Of a DNA stretch of 40,988 bases, positions 26,987-35,743 are shown piece after piece (the first letter of the stretch is position 1; each line of letters opens with the position of its first letter). The stretch lies in the UHGV virus genome UHGV-0160030; one strand, written 5' to 3'. The position numbers and the translations under genes are program-made. Origin of the DNA: a virus. The notes below the pieces were generated by a model. That model had not been told where the DNA came from, made no database searches, and saw nothing but the letters and a program-made list of their open reading frames with translations.

Positions 26987-27165
26987 TTATCCTCCATTGA
27001 GAGCTGAATTGAAAATGGGGACCAACACGCGGCTACGTGTGGTCGTGCGCCGGACACGGATAAGCATCCGGTAACTGATTATCAATCATTGCGGAAACAG
27101 TCTCAATATGAAAACACTTCTGAGACTCGCTATATAGCAGGACATATAAGTCAGCTGAGGAAGCC

Positions 27166-27531
27166 ATGAAAAAGTTCGAAAACATAACTGTTCTCCATGT
27201 TGATGACTTTGATTATACAAACCCGGAACTTCTCCCGGAGGTTGTAAAGGCAATAGATGTTGCCGATATAGTGATTAGAGGAAAGAGAATTGTCAAAAAC
27301 AGGCTCGCATGCACTTCAGAAGCAATGACAGAAACAACCTCACAGCAAGATAATTACGAAGGCATTTGTCTGGAGCCTGATTCATTTGCGGTAAATGTTT
27401 ATCATTTATTGCATGCAACACAGGTATTACATATGTCCAGTAATCACGAAACGAAAACACTCGGCAGCGAAATTCTGAATTTTGCATGTGAGTATGCAAA
27501 AACTGCTGCCGAAAAAGAATTAGCGCAATAA
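27166..27531 (+). CDS. Hypothetical protein (121 aa)
   Basis: GAGGAAG RBS; AT-rich coding sequence. Confidence 0.6.
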   Translation: MKKFENITVLHVDDFDYTNPELLPEVVKAIDVADIVIRGKRIVKNRLACTSEAMTETTSQQDNYEGICLEPDSFAVNVYHLLHATQVLHMSSNHETKTLGSEILNFACEYAKTAAEKELAQ

Positions 27532-27609
27532 CAACAAATATGCTCTGAACGTTTATTGCGGTTTTATCGCCGGGGATTGTTACAATCTTAATCCACAGGA
27601 GGATTTATT

Positions 27610-27723
27610 ATGACTTTTATAAAGAATATGGCATCACACAAGACCGCCTGTCTTATTGCACAATACGGTGAAAATTACATGCATATTGCCTGCTTATTTC
27701 TGCGTAAAGCATACGGGAAATAA
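27610..27723 (+). CDS. Micro-ORF (37 aa) with strong RBS
   Basis: ACAGGAGG then 7 nt then ATG; MTFIKNMASHKTACLIAQYGENYMHIACLFLRKAYGK; below the ORF-track size cutoff. Confidence 0.4.
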   Translation: MTFIKNMASHKTACLIAQYGENYMHIACLFLRKAYGK

Positions 27724-27726
27724 CAA

Positions 27727-28086
27727 ATGACACATGAACCCATTAATACATATCGTCGCCGTATAGCTGTTGCAGCACTCCATCGAATAAAACGTAAAAC
27801 AGGTGGTGATCTGCTTATTGTTGACCTTCTGGATGGGAACATTACGACCATAGAAATAACAGAACAGTTTATAAACCAGTTGCTGTTGCGCTTTGAAGAT
27901 ATTACCCGTGGTGAATTGGGTCGAGTGGAGGGTGAAACAGAATTCCGAACTGCATACCAGAATGCCATCGGGATTAATCAACATACTGAATACCAGGCTG
28001 AAACCGGAAAGTTAATTATAGACAACCTTTTACAAGAGGTTATTGATTACGCGAAAGAAAAATATATCAGCGGAGGAATTAACTGA
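27727..28086 (+). CDS. Hypothetical protein (119 aa)
   Basis: ORF, coupled ATGA overlap with next gene. Confidence 0.55.
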   Translation: MTHEPINTYRRRIAVAALHRIKRKTGGDLLIVDLLDGNITTIEITEQFINQLLLRFEDITRGELGRVEGETEFRTAYQNAIGINQHTEYQAETGKLIIDNLLQEVIDYAKEKYISGGIN

Positions 28087-28301
28087 TGGCTAATTTATCC
28101 CCTGTATCTGTTGTGCACGAAAAAGTGCAGATCGTTATGACAATTGAAAATGGCCAGGTAACAGATGTCTGCAAAGTCCGCGATGGAGAGCTGATTGCCA
28201 GCATGGATACATTCATATGGCTGGCAGAAAGAGCGGGGTATCAGATAACAGCACCTGCTCAGGAGGAAACCAGTGACATTAACAGCAACGCGAATTCCTG
28301 A
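28086..28301 (+). CDS. Hypothetical protein (71 aa)
   Basis: ORF, ATGA overlap with previous gene. Confidence 0.5.
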   Translation: MANLSPVSVVHEKVQIVMTIENGQVTDVCKVRDGELIASMDTFIWLAERAGYQITAPAQEETSDINSNANS

Positions 28302-28491
28302 GTGGGTCCACCAGCAGGCGTTGCTGGTCCTGCGGCGGTACAGATGCCGACGTATATTCCCGCATCGGATACAGCGCAACGGATATCTCAGTCTGAAGGT
28401 TAACCGTCGCTGGCGGCTGTTATCGAAAGACGACGGCCGGAACTGGGAAATAATGAGTCATGAACGTTATTCGGGAGAAATAAAGAAATGA
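28273..28491 (+). CDS. Hypothetical arginine-rich small protein (72 aa)
   Basis: GTG start 6 nt after AGGAGG; Arg-rich LLVLRRYRCRRIFPHRIQRNG...RRWRLL. Confidence 0.5.
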   Translation: MTLTATRIPEWVHQQALLVLRRYRCRRIFPHRIQRNGYLSLKVNRRWRLLSKDDGRNWEIMSHERYSGEIKK

Positions 28492-28880
28492 TCGACAACC
28501 GCACCGCCAGCGCCATTGACCAGGCATTACAGAAACATGATACACCCGTCGGCCCGTTATTTTTTGTAACACATCACGGAAGAACAAAAAAATGCCTCAC
28601 TCGAAAAACGGCAATTCGTTACCTGGCATTCTTTATGACCACCCGCGCTTTTGAACGTTCAGGATTCCGACAACGCCATCCTGACAAGCGTTTTATCTTC
28701 AACGGGAATGAAATATGGAAACGTGGAGAATCAACCACAGAGTACACCCGCGCACACCAGCGAACAATCAGACGACTGCGCAGACTCATCGCCAGGAAAC
28801 AGTATACAGAAAAATGGTTCAGAAAATATGACACATGGAGCGCCGGATATTACGAACTGATGGCAACAAAACCATTCTGA
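28488..28880 (+). CDS. Hypothetical basic protein (130 aa)
   Basis: ATGA overlap with previous gene. Confidence 0.55.
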   Translation: MIDNRTASAIDQALQKHDTPVGPLFFVTHHGRTKKCLTRKTAIRYLAFFMTTRAFERSGFRQRHPDKRFIFNGNEIWKRGESTTEYTRAHQRTIRRLRRLIARKQYTEKWFRKYDTWSAGYYELMATKPF

Positions 28881-28940
28881 CGTAAACGAAATTAACCATG
28901 ACGCAATTAAATAAGGCAAGCTGAATACAGCAGGAGGACC

Positions 28941-29129
28941 ATGAACATTTATTTCAGAATAGTTATATCACTGGCAATTATCGCATGTATTTACGGATTG
29001 CTCGTCCCGTTTCTGATATCAATGAAGGATACGGTAGCGGTGATTTCTGGCTTTGCACTGACGTTTCTAACCCCGCCATGTATTTATACCATTTATAAGG
29101 GGCTTTCTTTCACTAAGGATAAAAGATGA
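28941..29129 (+). CDS. Small two-transmembrane-helix protein (62 aa), coupled to SPFH gene
   Basis: AGGAGG RBS; two hydrophobic helices; stop overlaps start of next gene (ATGA). Confidence 0.65.
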   Translation: MNIYFRIVISLAIIACIYGLLVPFLISMKDTVAVISGFALTFLTPPCIYTIYKGLSFTKDKR

Positions 29130-29953
29130 AAAAAATTATTTTTTCTTTAGCCATTGTTCTGCCTGCCATTGGCCTTGTCGGTTGTGATCGTGTTGAGCCT
29201 GGTAATGTGGGCATCAAAGTCAACAAACTTGGCGACGACAAAGGCGTCGGTGAAGTGGTCGGTGTTGGTCGCTACTGGACAGGCTGGAACACTGAAGTTT
29301 ATATCTTCCCGACCTTTAAGCAGATGAAGACCTACGATGATCCATTCAGTTTCCAGATGAGCGATGGAACAACCATTGGTTACCACATCGGAGTAGCCTA
29401 CAAGGTTGATCCATCCAAAGTTACCACAGTCTTTCAGACCTACCGCAAAGGCGTGGACGACATTACCGACACCGACCTGCGCCAGAAGATAGCCGACGCA
29501 CTCAACCGACTGGCCAGCAAAATGACCACCGACAAATTTATCGACGGCGGCAAGTCTGAGCTGCTGGATGCAGCTCTTAAAGACATTCAGGAAGAAATGA
29601 CGCCCATCGGTATTCAGGTAATAAGCCTCTCATATGTGGGTAAGCCGGAGTACCCGCCTACTGTTATCGACAGCATTAATGCCAAAGTCACGGCGAACCA
29701 GAAAACTCTGCAACGCGAGCAGGAAGTAAAACAGCGCGAAGCGGAAGCCAACATGTTGCGCGCGGAAGCTGCCGGACAGGCTGATGCGATTCGCACAAAA
29801 GCCCAGGCTGAAGCCGATGCTATTCGTTTACGCGGTGAAGCTCTGCGTCAGAACCCCGGTGTTATGGAGCTGGAAGCCATCAATAAATGGAACGGCACGC
29901 TGCCGCAATACATGACCAGCGGTGCCAATACACCATTTATCCAGGTTAAATAA
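29126..29953 (+). CDS. SPFH/band-7 (stomatin/prohibitin/HflKC-like) domain lipoprotein
   Basis: 275 aa; signal peptide with lipobox LVGC; coiled-coil Ala/Glu/Gln-rich C-terminal region typical of SPFH proteins. Confidence 0.7.
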   Translation: MKKIIFSLAIVLPAIGLVGCDRVEPGNVGIKVNKLGDDKGVGEVVGVGRYWTGWNTEVYIFPTFKQMKTYDDPFSFQMSDGTTIGYHIGVAYKVDPSKVTTVFQTYRKGVDDITDTDLRQKIADALNRLASKMTTDKFIDGGKSELLDAALKDIQEEMTPIGIQVISLSYVGKPEYPPTVIDSINAKVTANQKTLQREQEVKQREAEANMLRAEAAGQADAIRTKAQAEADAIRLRGEALRQNPGVMELEAINKWNGTLPQYMTSGANTPFIQVK

Positions 29954-30024
29954 CTTAATATGCCCGGCAGGCCGTCGGGCTAAGGGAAAAGCAGATAAAC
30001 ACTCATAATACTCAACCGCAAATA

Positions 30025-30366
30025 ATGAACTATGACCCAAATCTGACGTCATGCGGACGCATGGCGAAACAAACCGTTCGATTAACTTTCGGGCAATGGG
30101 AATACCGCGAAACATTCGAAGTCACTGTCGGTGGCAACCTGACCGGACTCGATGTTATCAGTTGCGCTATTGAAAGCCTGTACGCAACGCTGCCTTATGA
30201 AGAAGTCGAGGATGAGCGTACAGGGGAAACAGATATCATGGCCACCATTAATATTGGCGAACTGACATGCCAGGATGAAGACCTGTCCGGAGAGCTCTGG
30301 CTTGCCGGGATGCTTATCTCAGCAGAAATTATCAGTATTGAACCCGCTACAAACATACGGCTCTGA
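30025..30366 (+). CDS. Hypothetical acidic protein
   Basis: ORF; start ambiguous (ATG 30025 or 30061), both with weak RBS. Confidence 0.4.
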   Translation: MNYDPNLTSCGRMAKQTVRLTFGQWEYRETFEVTVGGNLTGLDVISCAIESLYATLPYEEVEDERTGETDIMATINIGELTCQDEDLSGELWLAGMLISAEIISIEPATNIRL

Positions 30367-30397
30367 AGTTCTCACTATTCAGAGAGCAGGAGAAAAA

Positions 30398-30640
30398 ATG
30401 TTCGCTTTGATTAATCAGGGACAACTGTATACCGACAGTGCCGGTTACCCGGTAATAATTATTCGCTGCATAAACAACACTGTGTTGTACAGAAGAATTG
30501 ATGGGCGAACACAGTCAGTAAAAATAAACGATTTCAATGAACTGTTTGAACGGATTGATCACCAGGAATACCGACAAATTCTGGCAGAAACAGAGCAGGA
30601 GGCTCATCTGAAAAAATTACGGGCCATGAAAAGGAAGTAA
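30398..30640 (+). CDS. Hypothetical protein (80 aa)
   Basis: ATG 30398 preceded by AGGAG; the track start is an upstream extension. Confidence 0.55.
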   Translation: MFALINQGQLYTDSAGYPVIIIRCINNTVLYRRIDGRTQSVKINDFNELFERIDHQEYRQILAETEQEAHLKKLRAMKRK

Positions 30641-30643
30641 AGA

Positions 30644-30790
30644 ATGAATAAAGCGTTTGAGCTATGGGTGCGCCAGCGTTACGGCAATCGCTATGACCTG
30701 ACGCGAGATGTTGACGGCTTCCACTGTCGTGAAGTTGTGAAGCGAATGTTTGAAGTGTGGTGCCACTGCCGTGGGCTGAGTGTTGTGTGA
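30644..30790 (+). CDS. Small Cys-containing protein (48 aa)
   Basis: AAGGAAG RBS, ATG 30644; below ORF-track cutoff. Confidence 0.4.
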   Translation: MNKAFELWVRQRYGNRYDLTRDVDGFHCREVVKRMFEVWCHCRGLSVV

Positions 30791-30798
30791 GGTAATAC

Positions 30799-31035
30799 AT
30801 GGGCAATGTGATTCAACTGGCTCCCAATGAATGGGTTTGTGAAAGCGTTCTTATCGCAATTACCGGGCTCAAACCAGGCACAATTCTTCGGGCCCGGAAA
30901 GAATGCTGGATGGTTGGAAGAGAGTATATTCACGTATCACCAGACGGTAATCCAAAGCCTTCCAGTGAATGTATGTATAACAGAAAAGCAATAGATGCCT
31001 GGGTCGCCTCAATGAAAAACAAACAACCCAGGTGA
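30799..31035 (+). CDS. xis: Excisionase-like small protein
   Basis: 78 aa directly upstream of integrase, same strand; GAGG RBS. Confidence 0.6.
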   Translation: MGNVIQLAPNEWVCESVLIAITGLKPGTILRARKECWMVGREYIHVSPDGNPKPSSECMYNRKAIDAWVASMKNKQPR

Positions 31036-31090
31036 TTTAATATCATGAAATATGTAAGCTCGTATCGCTCTTGGGCGTCTGGAGGTATCG

Positions 31091-32404
31091 ATGGATAAAG
31101 TCAAATATCCAACAGGCGTCGAAAACCACGGCGGCACATTACGCATCTGGTTTAATTTTAAAGGTAAACGTGTCAGGGAAAATCTTGGTGTCCCTGACAC
31201 TGCCAAGAACAGGAAGATCGCCGGGGAACTGCGGACATCAGTATGTTTTGCCATCCGCACAGGAAGCTTTGATTATGCTGCACAGTTCCCTGACTCCCCC
31301 AACCTTCAGGCTTTTGGGGTAAGTAAAAAAGAAATTACGGTGAAGGAACTTGAAGAAAAGTGGCTGGATCTGAAACGAATGGAAATCTCTGCAAATGCAT
31401 TCAATCGCTATGAATCCGTTGCAAGAACGATGGTTCCGAAAATTGGAGGCAGTAGACTGGTGTCATCGGTAACCAAAGAGGAATTGCTGTATATCAGGAA
31501 AGATTTGCTTACCGGGTATCAGAATTCAACGAAAAACAAAGCAGCAGCAAAAGGACGGAGCGTCGTTACTGTAAATTATTACATGACGACAATCGCTGGA
31601 ATGTTTCAGTTTGCTGCAGATCACGGTTACTTAGAAGCAAATCCCTTCCAGGGAATTAAGCCTCTTAAAAGAGCCAGGGCAGAGCCAGATCCGCTAACTC
31701 GTGACGAATTTATTCGCCTGATAGATGCTTGCCGACATCAGCAGACGAAAAACCTGTGGTCATTGGCTGTGTACACAGGAATGCGTCACGGTGAACTGGT
31801 CTCCCTGGCCTGGGAAGATATCGATCTGAAGGCAGGAACAATTACCATCAGGCGCAATTATACGAAACTTGGTGAGTTCACTCTACCGAAAACTGAAGCA
31901 AGCACAAACAGGGTTGTGCACCTTATCCAGCCCGCTATCAGTGTCCTGAAAAATCAGGCTGAAATGACAAGACTGGGTAAGCAGTACAACATCAAGGTGC
32001 AACTACGTGAATATGGACGTTCAGTGAACCATGAATGTACTTTCGTGTTTAACCCTCAAGTGGTTAGAAAAAGCGAACAGGTAGGTTTTGTCTACAAAGT
32101 CGATTCTGTAGGTGACTCATGGGAAACAGCCATTAAGCGTGCAGGGATCAGGCATCGAAAGGCATACCAGTCACGACACACTTATGCGTGCTGGTCATTA
32201 TCTGCCGGAGCAAACCCAAGCTTCATTGCCAGCCAGATGGGCCATGCAAGTGCCCAGATGGTATTCAATGTATACGGAGCATGGATGACTGACAGCAATG
32301 CAGAACAGATCGCAATGCTGAATCAGAAGCTGACAGATTATGTCCCAATGATGCCCCATAGTCACCAAAGTGACACCAGAGGCTTATTAAAATCAGTAAG
32401 TTAA
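31091..32404 (+). CDS. int: Tyrosine integrase
   Basis: 437 aa; GGAGG RBS; C-terminal catalytic region with R...H..R...Y spacing (HRTYACWSLSAGANPSFIASQMGHASAQMVFNVYGAW). Confidence 0.85.
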   Translation: MDKVKYPTGVENHGGTLRIWFNFKGKRVRENLGVPDTAKNRKIAGELRTSVCFAIRTGSFDYAAQFPDSPNLQAFGVSKKEITVKELEEKWLDLKRMEISANAFNRYESVARTMVPKIGGSRLVSSVTKEELLYIRKDLLTGYQNSTKNKAAAKGRSVVTVNYYMTTIAGMFQFAADHGYLEANPFQGIKPLKRARAEPDPLTRDEFIRLIDACRHQQTKNLWSLAVYTGMRHGELVSLAWEDIDLKAGTITIRRNYTKLGEFTLPKTEASTNRVVHLIQPAISVLKNQAEMTRLGKQYNIKVQLREYGRSVNHECTFVFNPQVVRKSEQVGFVYKVDSVGDSWETAIKRAGIRHRKAYQSRHTYACWSLSAGANPSFIASQMGHASAQMVFNVYGAWMTDSNAEQIAMLNQKLTDYVPMMPHSHQSDTRGLLKSVS

Positions 32405-32630
32405 TCCTTAATACCCGTCATGTTAACTGCGTGATACGGGATTTTTAAAAATCACTAAAGAACGCCCAAGAGCATGTGTTTTCTTTAGAATAATCAAAGC
32501 GTTGGATTGCCATGTCATATGAAAATCGGCAAAGTTCATATGTAACAAAGTGTCCCAATCATGCCCCAAAATGCCCCACAACAAATATTTTTGCCCCATG
32601 CATGCCCCAAAAAATCACTTTCCCTCACCC
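32405..32630. other. attP region
   Basis: Located at int 3' end as in lambda; contains direct repeats and a hairpin after int; core not definable without a host sequence. Confidence 0.45.
32551..32610 (+). repeat. Four to five direct copies of (A)TGCCCCA, candidate arm-type integrase/accessory factor binding sites
   Basis: atgcccca at 32561, 32571, 32602; tgcccca at 32592; degenerate tgtccca at 32551. Confidence 0.6.
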
Positions 32631-32680
32631 TTGACACTGTTTATCTATACAGTTAAAAATAACACTGTATACAAACACAG
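32631..32680 (+). promoter_or_regulatory. Sigma70-like promoter (TTGACA -35) with two tandem LexA boxes
   Basis: CTGTTTATCTATACAG at 32637..32652 and CTGTATACAAACACAG at 32665..32680, both CTG-N10-CAG. Confidence 0.8.
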
Positions 32681-32695
32681 TATAGAGGGACTTTT

Positions 32696-32944
32696 ATGCG
32701 TATTGAAATCTGCATAGCCAAAGAAAAAATGACTAAAATGCCAACCGGTGCTGTGGATGCGTTAAAGGAAGAATTAACCCGACGCATCAGTAAACGTTAT
32801 GACGATGTAGAGGTGATCGTAAAAGCCACCAGCAACGATGGCCTTTCTGTTACGCGCACCGCCGATAAAGATTCAGCTAAAACTTTTGTTCAGGAAACTC
32901 TGAAAGATACCTGGGAGTCTGCTGACGAGTGGTTTGTTCACTAA
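32696..32944 (+). CDS. dinI: DinI-family protein (SOS-inducible RecA modulator)
   Basis: 82 aa; [27 protein letters not shown]...[16 protein letters not shown] closely resembles recalled E. coli DinI; AGAGGGA RBS. Confidence 0.8.
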   Translation: MRIEICIAKEKMTKMPTGAVDALKEELTRRISKRYDDVEVIVKATSNDGLSVTRTADKDSAKTFVQETLKDTWESADEWFVH

Positions 32945-33011
32945 TTAGCACGTAAAATCAGTAACAGCTGGAAATCATTCAATACTCGCACTATCGAAAG
33001 TTAACCAGCCA

Positions 33012-33050
33012 GCCGCAGTATCCTGTCATGACAAGTTACTGCGGCTTTTT
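33012..33050 (+). terminator. Intrinsic terminator after dinI (long GC stem around the palindrome tgtcatgaca, then T5)
   Basis: gccgcagtatcctgtcatgacaagttactgcggcttttt. Confidence 0.7.
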
Positions 33051-33061
33051 ACTTTTTATAT

Positions 33062-33349
33062 TTAACGGATCAACATCCAGATCAGCAGACACGCCACCAC
33101 CGGCACAGCAAAATCCATCAGGCTTGCCACATCCCATGCACGTGGATCAAAACCGCCCCACCACGGCATGTTAATCCGCTTGCCATGCCCGAACATTTCA
33201 ATCCAGCGATATTCTGCCTGGGTGTGTTCACGCGCAATGAAGAACGTACAACCGGCTATCGCCCCGTAAGCCCAGTTTCCGGTAAAAAGACCAGCCAGTA
33301 CCTGCACCGCCACGGCACAAAGCGCATGAAGTATCGACGTGATATCCAT
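33062..33349 (-). CDS. Predicted small inner-membrane protein (95 aa)
   Basis: AAGGGGAG RBS; hydrophobic segments; last gene of the tail-fibre operon. Confidence 0.55.
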   Translation of the reverse strand: MDITSILHALCAVAVQVLAGLFTGNWAYGAIAGCTFFIAREHTQAEYRWIEMFGHGKRINMPWWGGFDPRAWDVASLMDFAVPVVACLLIWMLIR

Positions 33350-33358
33350 CTGCTCCCC

Positions 33359-33637
33359 TTAAAACCACTCCCTGAGCGGGCGCTCTGGTGTAACCACCCA
33401 CTCACGGAACACGGATTCATCAAAGCCATCGTCAAGAAGACGAATATTAACAAAGTACCCTTCGTCTCGCGTGTATTCAGGCTCCCCGTCAGCAGAAACA
33501 CCTGACTCACTGAACGTAAAACCAATCTCATCAACCAGAACGGCATTCTGCAGCTCTTCGTCCTCTTCCCAGTTAAGTTTCCTGAGAAATGCCCTGAAAT
33601 CTGCTTTATCACTGAAACGCAACGTGAAATCTCTCAC
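33359..33637 (-). CDS. Hypothetical acidic protein (92 aa), possible tail fibre assembly/accessory protein
   Basis: GTG start overlapping stf stop (GTGA coupling); position of tfa in lambda but no sequence resemblance recognised. Confidence 0.45.
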   Translation of the reverse strand: MRDFTLRFSDKADFRAFLRKLNWEEDEELQNAVLVDEIGFTFSESGVSADGEPEYTRDEGYFVNIRLLDDGFDESVFREWVVTPERPLREWF

Positions 33638-35697
33638 TCCACAACCTCCCCAAGCTGCGCATCTGTTAGCTCTTTATGCCAGAGACGAAAATTCCTCACA
33701 TGCCCAAATAAATGGCGTAATCCTGCTGTAGTTTGTCCACCAATGCGAATGGTTGCTGTACTCCGGATATATTCCCATTTGGTTTTAGTTTCGCTGCTTA
33801 ACTTACCGTTACTGACTACACATGTGGACCGTTCGGACTTTACCCGCATACCAATAAGCATTTTTTCCAGCCCGGCATTTTCATTTATTCGTCGGTCTGA
33901 ACCACCTATATCGCAATACGGAAAACCGTCGTACCCACCTGATGAACCAAACCCCATTACGATCCCCGCATCTGCCTGATGCCGGTATGTGTCAAAAACA
34001 CGCGGTGCTGCATTTGGCGTTTTATACCAGTTCTTATGTACCTCACAAAGAACCGTAAAAGGAAGATTATAAAGATTATTCTTAATCGGAACTGTAACCA
34101 TATCGCTTGCCCGCGTTACCGGTGCCGTCCCCGTAACAATAAAAGATGATGCGCCTGTACCAGCCTCAATCTGTGGAGTGGTTACATCGAGATAATCCCC
34201 TGATGCAACCATCTGCCCTGTATCCGGAGAATACTGGACAAAACCACCAACCGTATTTTCTGTTGTATCTGCTTTTAATGTAGCCTCAAAAAATATCCAG
34301 CCAGTTGCATCATCCTTAACAGACCTTGCTGTAACACGGCTTGTCTGACCTGTCTTGCTAATTATGCGGGTGGTAAGGTTCAGGTTTGCTGCTCCTATTG
34401 ATGTCCTTACCTCCCCATCATAATGTTCAAATAAAATACGAACGGCGATATTATCAACTTCACTTTTTACCCGACAGGATATAGTTACATGCTTTTCGTC
34501 CCCTGAAGTATCAACCCCTCCGGTACTCGAATACAGTCCGATAATGGTATGCGCTTTACTTGTACCAACAATCGAATCCTGTACGACAAACCGGCCATAA
34601 TTAAACCCGAAACTATCTGTGCCTGTTTCTGTAACGTCCAGTGAAGTTGACTTATTCCACTTCGAAGGGTCTGTACTGTTCTGGAAGAAGTTCGTTCTTT
34701 GTCCCTCAATAAGCAGGCCATCACACTCAAATCGCGGCTCATTAATTTCCGCCGTTTTCAGTTCGCCAGATTTGTTGATATATGTTGCCGTTGATGCGCG
34801 ACTGAAATTAATCTGTTTATCACTGGCAACCTGAACCACATTATCGCCAATCTTCACTTTTTTATAACCCGGAGAATAGCCCGTAATCATATCCAGCGAA
34901 TCATTAAAGGGTATCCACACATCCGGCAGCGGCTGTAAAACATATCTGTACGGCTCTGCTGTCTGGTTTGCGTATTCTCTGGCAGCATCTTCACTTGCTT
35001 TTGCTGCCGTCTGGCTTGCTGCCGATGCTTTCGCCGAGTTCGCCGCCGCTGTTTCGCTCACCTTTGCGTTGGCTTCACTGTCTTTGGCATTCGTCTCACT
35101 GGTTTTCGCTGCCGTCTGGCTGGATTTTGCGTTTTTTTCGCTGGCCTTTGTGGCTGTCTCGCTATTTTTCGCGCTGGTTTCTGATTTTTTGGCTGCTGTC
35201 GCGGAGTTTGCCGATGCAGTCTGCGAGGCCGCTGCCGCCTGTGCGCTGTTAGCTGCATTCGTTTCTGAGGTTTTCGCCGCATTCTTCGATGAGGCTGCTG
35301 CCGTTTCGGATTTCTTTGCCGCCGCTGCACTCTGTGATGACGCTCCGGCATGACGTGCCACTTCATTCACCATCAGCTCAAAACGGCGCAGTGCCTCCGG
35401 ACGGGCATCATCCTCCGTCATGGCACCGAGAAAATCATTCAGCGTACCTGGTCTGGAACCTTCATAGACGGTAATGGTCCCGGCATGTGAAGGTGGAAAA
35501 CCTTCAACCAGCAGGGTGACGCTGTACTGGCCATACTCAACATCCATGCTGTAACGCCCGGCTTCATCCGGATTTTCAGAGGCCACCGTGTTCACCACCA
35601 CCGTGCTGCTGGTCCGTCTGGCCTTCAGCACAATGGTGCAGTTCTGTACTGGTTTTCCTGTGCCATCTTTAAGCACGCCAGAAATTTTTACTGTCAT
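33634..35697 (-). CDS. stf: Side tail fibre protein
   Basis: N-terminus MTVKISGVLKDGTGKPVQNCTI... matches recalled lambda Stf; Ala/Ser/Thr-rich repeats; divergent C-terminal domain. Confidence 0.85.
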   Translation of the reverse strand: MTVKISGVLKDGTGKPVQNCTIVLKARRTSSTVVVNTVASENPDEAGRYSMDVEYGQYSVTLLVEGFPPSHAGTITVYEGSRPGTLNDFLGAMTEDDARPEALRRFELMVNEVARHAGASSQSAAAAKKSETAAASSKNAAKTSETNAANSAQAAAASQTASANSATAAKKSETSAKNSETATKASEKNAKSSQTAAKTSETNAKDSEANAKVSETAAANSAKASAASQTAAKASEDAAREYANQTAEPYRYVLQPLPDVWIPFNDSLDMITGYSPGYKKVKIGDNVVQVASDKQINFSRASTATYINKSGELKTAEINEPRFECDGLLIEGQRTNFFQNSTDPSKWNKSTSLDVTETGTDSFGFNYGRFVVQDSIVGTSKAHTIIGLYSSTGGVDTSGDEKHVTISCRVKSEVDNIAVRILFEHYDGEVRTSIGAANLNLTTRIISKTGQTSRVTARSVKDDATGWIFFEATLKADTTENTVGGFVQYSPDTGQMVASGDYLDVTTPQIEAGTGASSFIVTGTAPVTRASDMVTVPIKNNLYNLPFTVLCEVHKNWYKTPNAAPRVFDTYRHQADAGIVMGFGSSGGYDGFPYCDIGGSDRRINENAGLEKMLIGMRVKSERSTCVVSNGKLSSETKTKWEYIRSTATIRIGGQTTAGLRHLFGHVRNFRLWHKELTDAQLGEVVE

Positions 35698-35711
35698 ACT
35701 TTTCCACCAAT

Positions 35712-35743
35712 AAAAAAAGCCCGCAGCAGTGACGCCACGGGCT
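35712..35743 (-). terminator. Intrinsic terminator downstream of lom
   Basis: plus strand aaaaaaagcccgcagcagtgacgccacgggct; minus-strand stem AGCCCG/CGGGCU then U7. Confidence 0.55.

Noticed and set aside
32551-32610. Possible CRISPR-like array
   Set aside because: Repeats are only 7-8 bp with irregular 2-14 bp spacing and there are no cas genes; more consistent with protein-binding sites.
34968-35474. Overlapping ORFs on both strands (for example 35058..35366, 35069..35353) with Arg/Pro/Gln-rich or Ala/Phe-rich low-complexity translations
   Set aside because: Generated by the repetitive Ala/Ser/Thr-coding DNA of the stf repeat region; alternative-frame artefacts.
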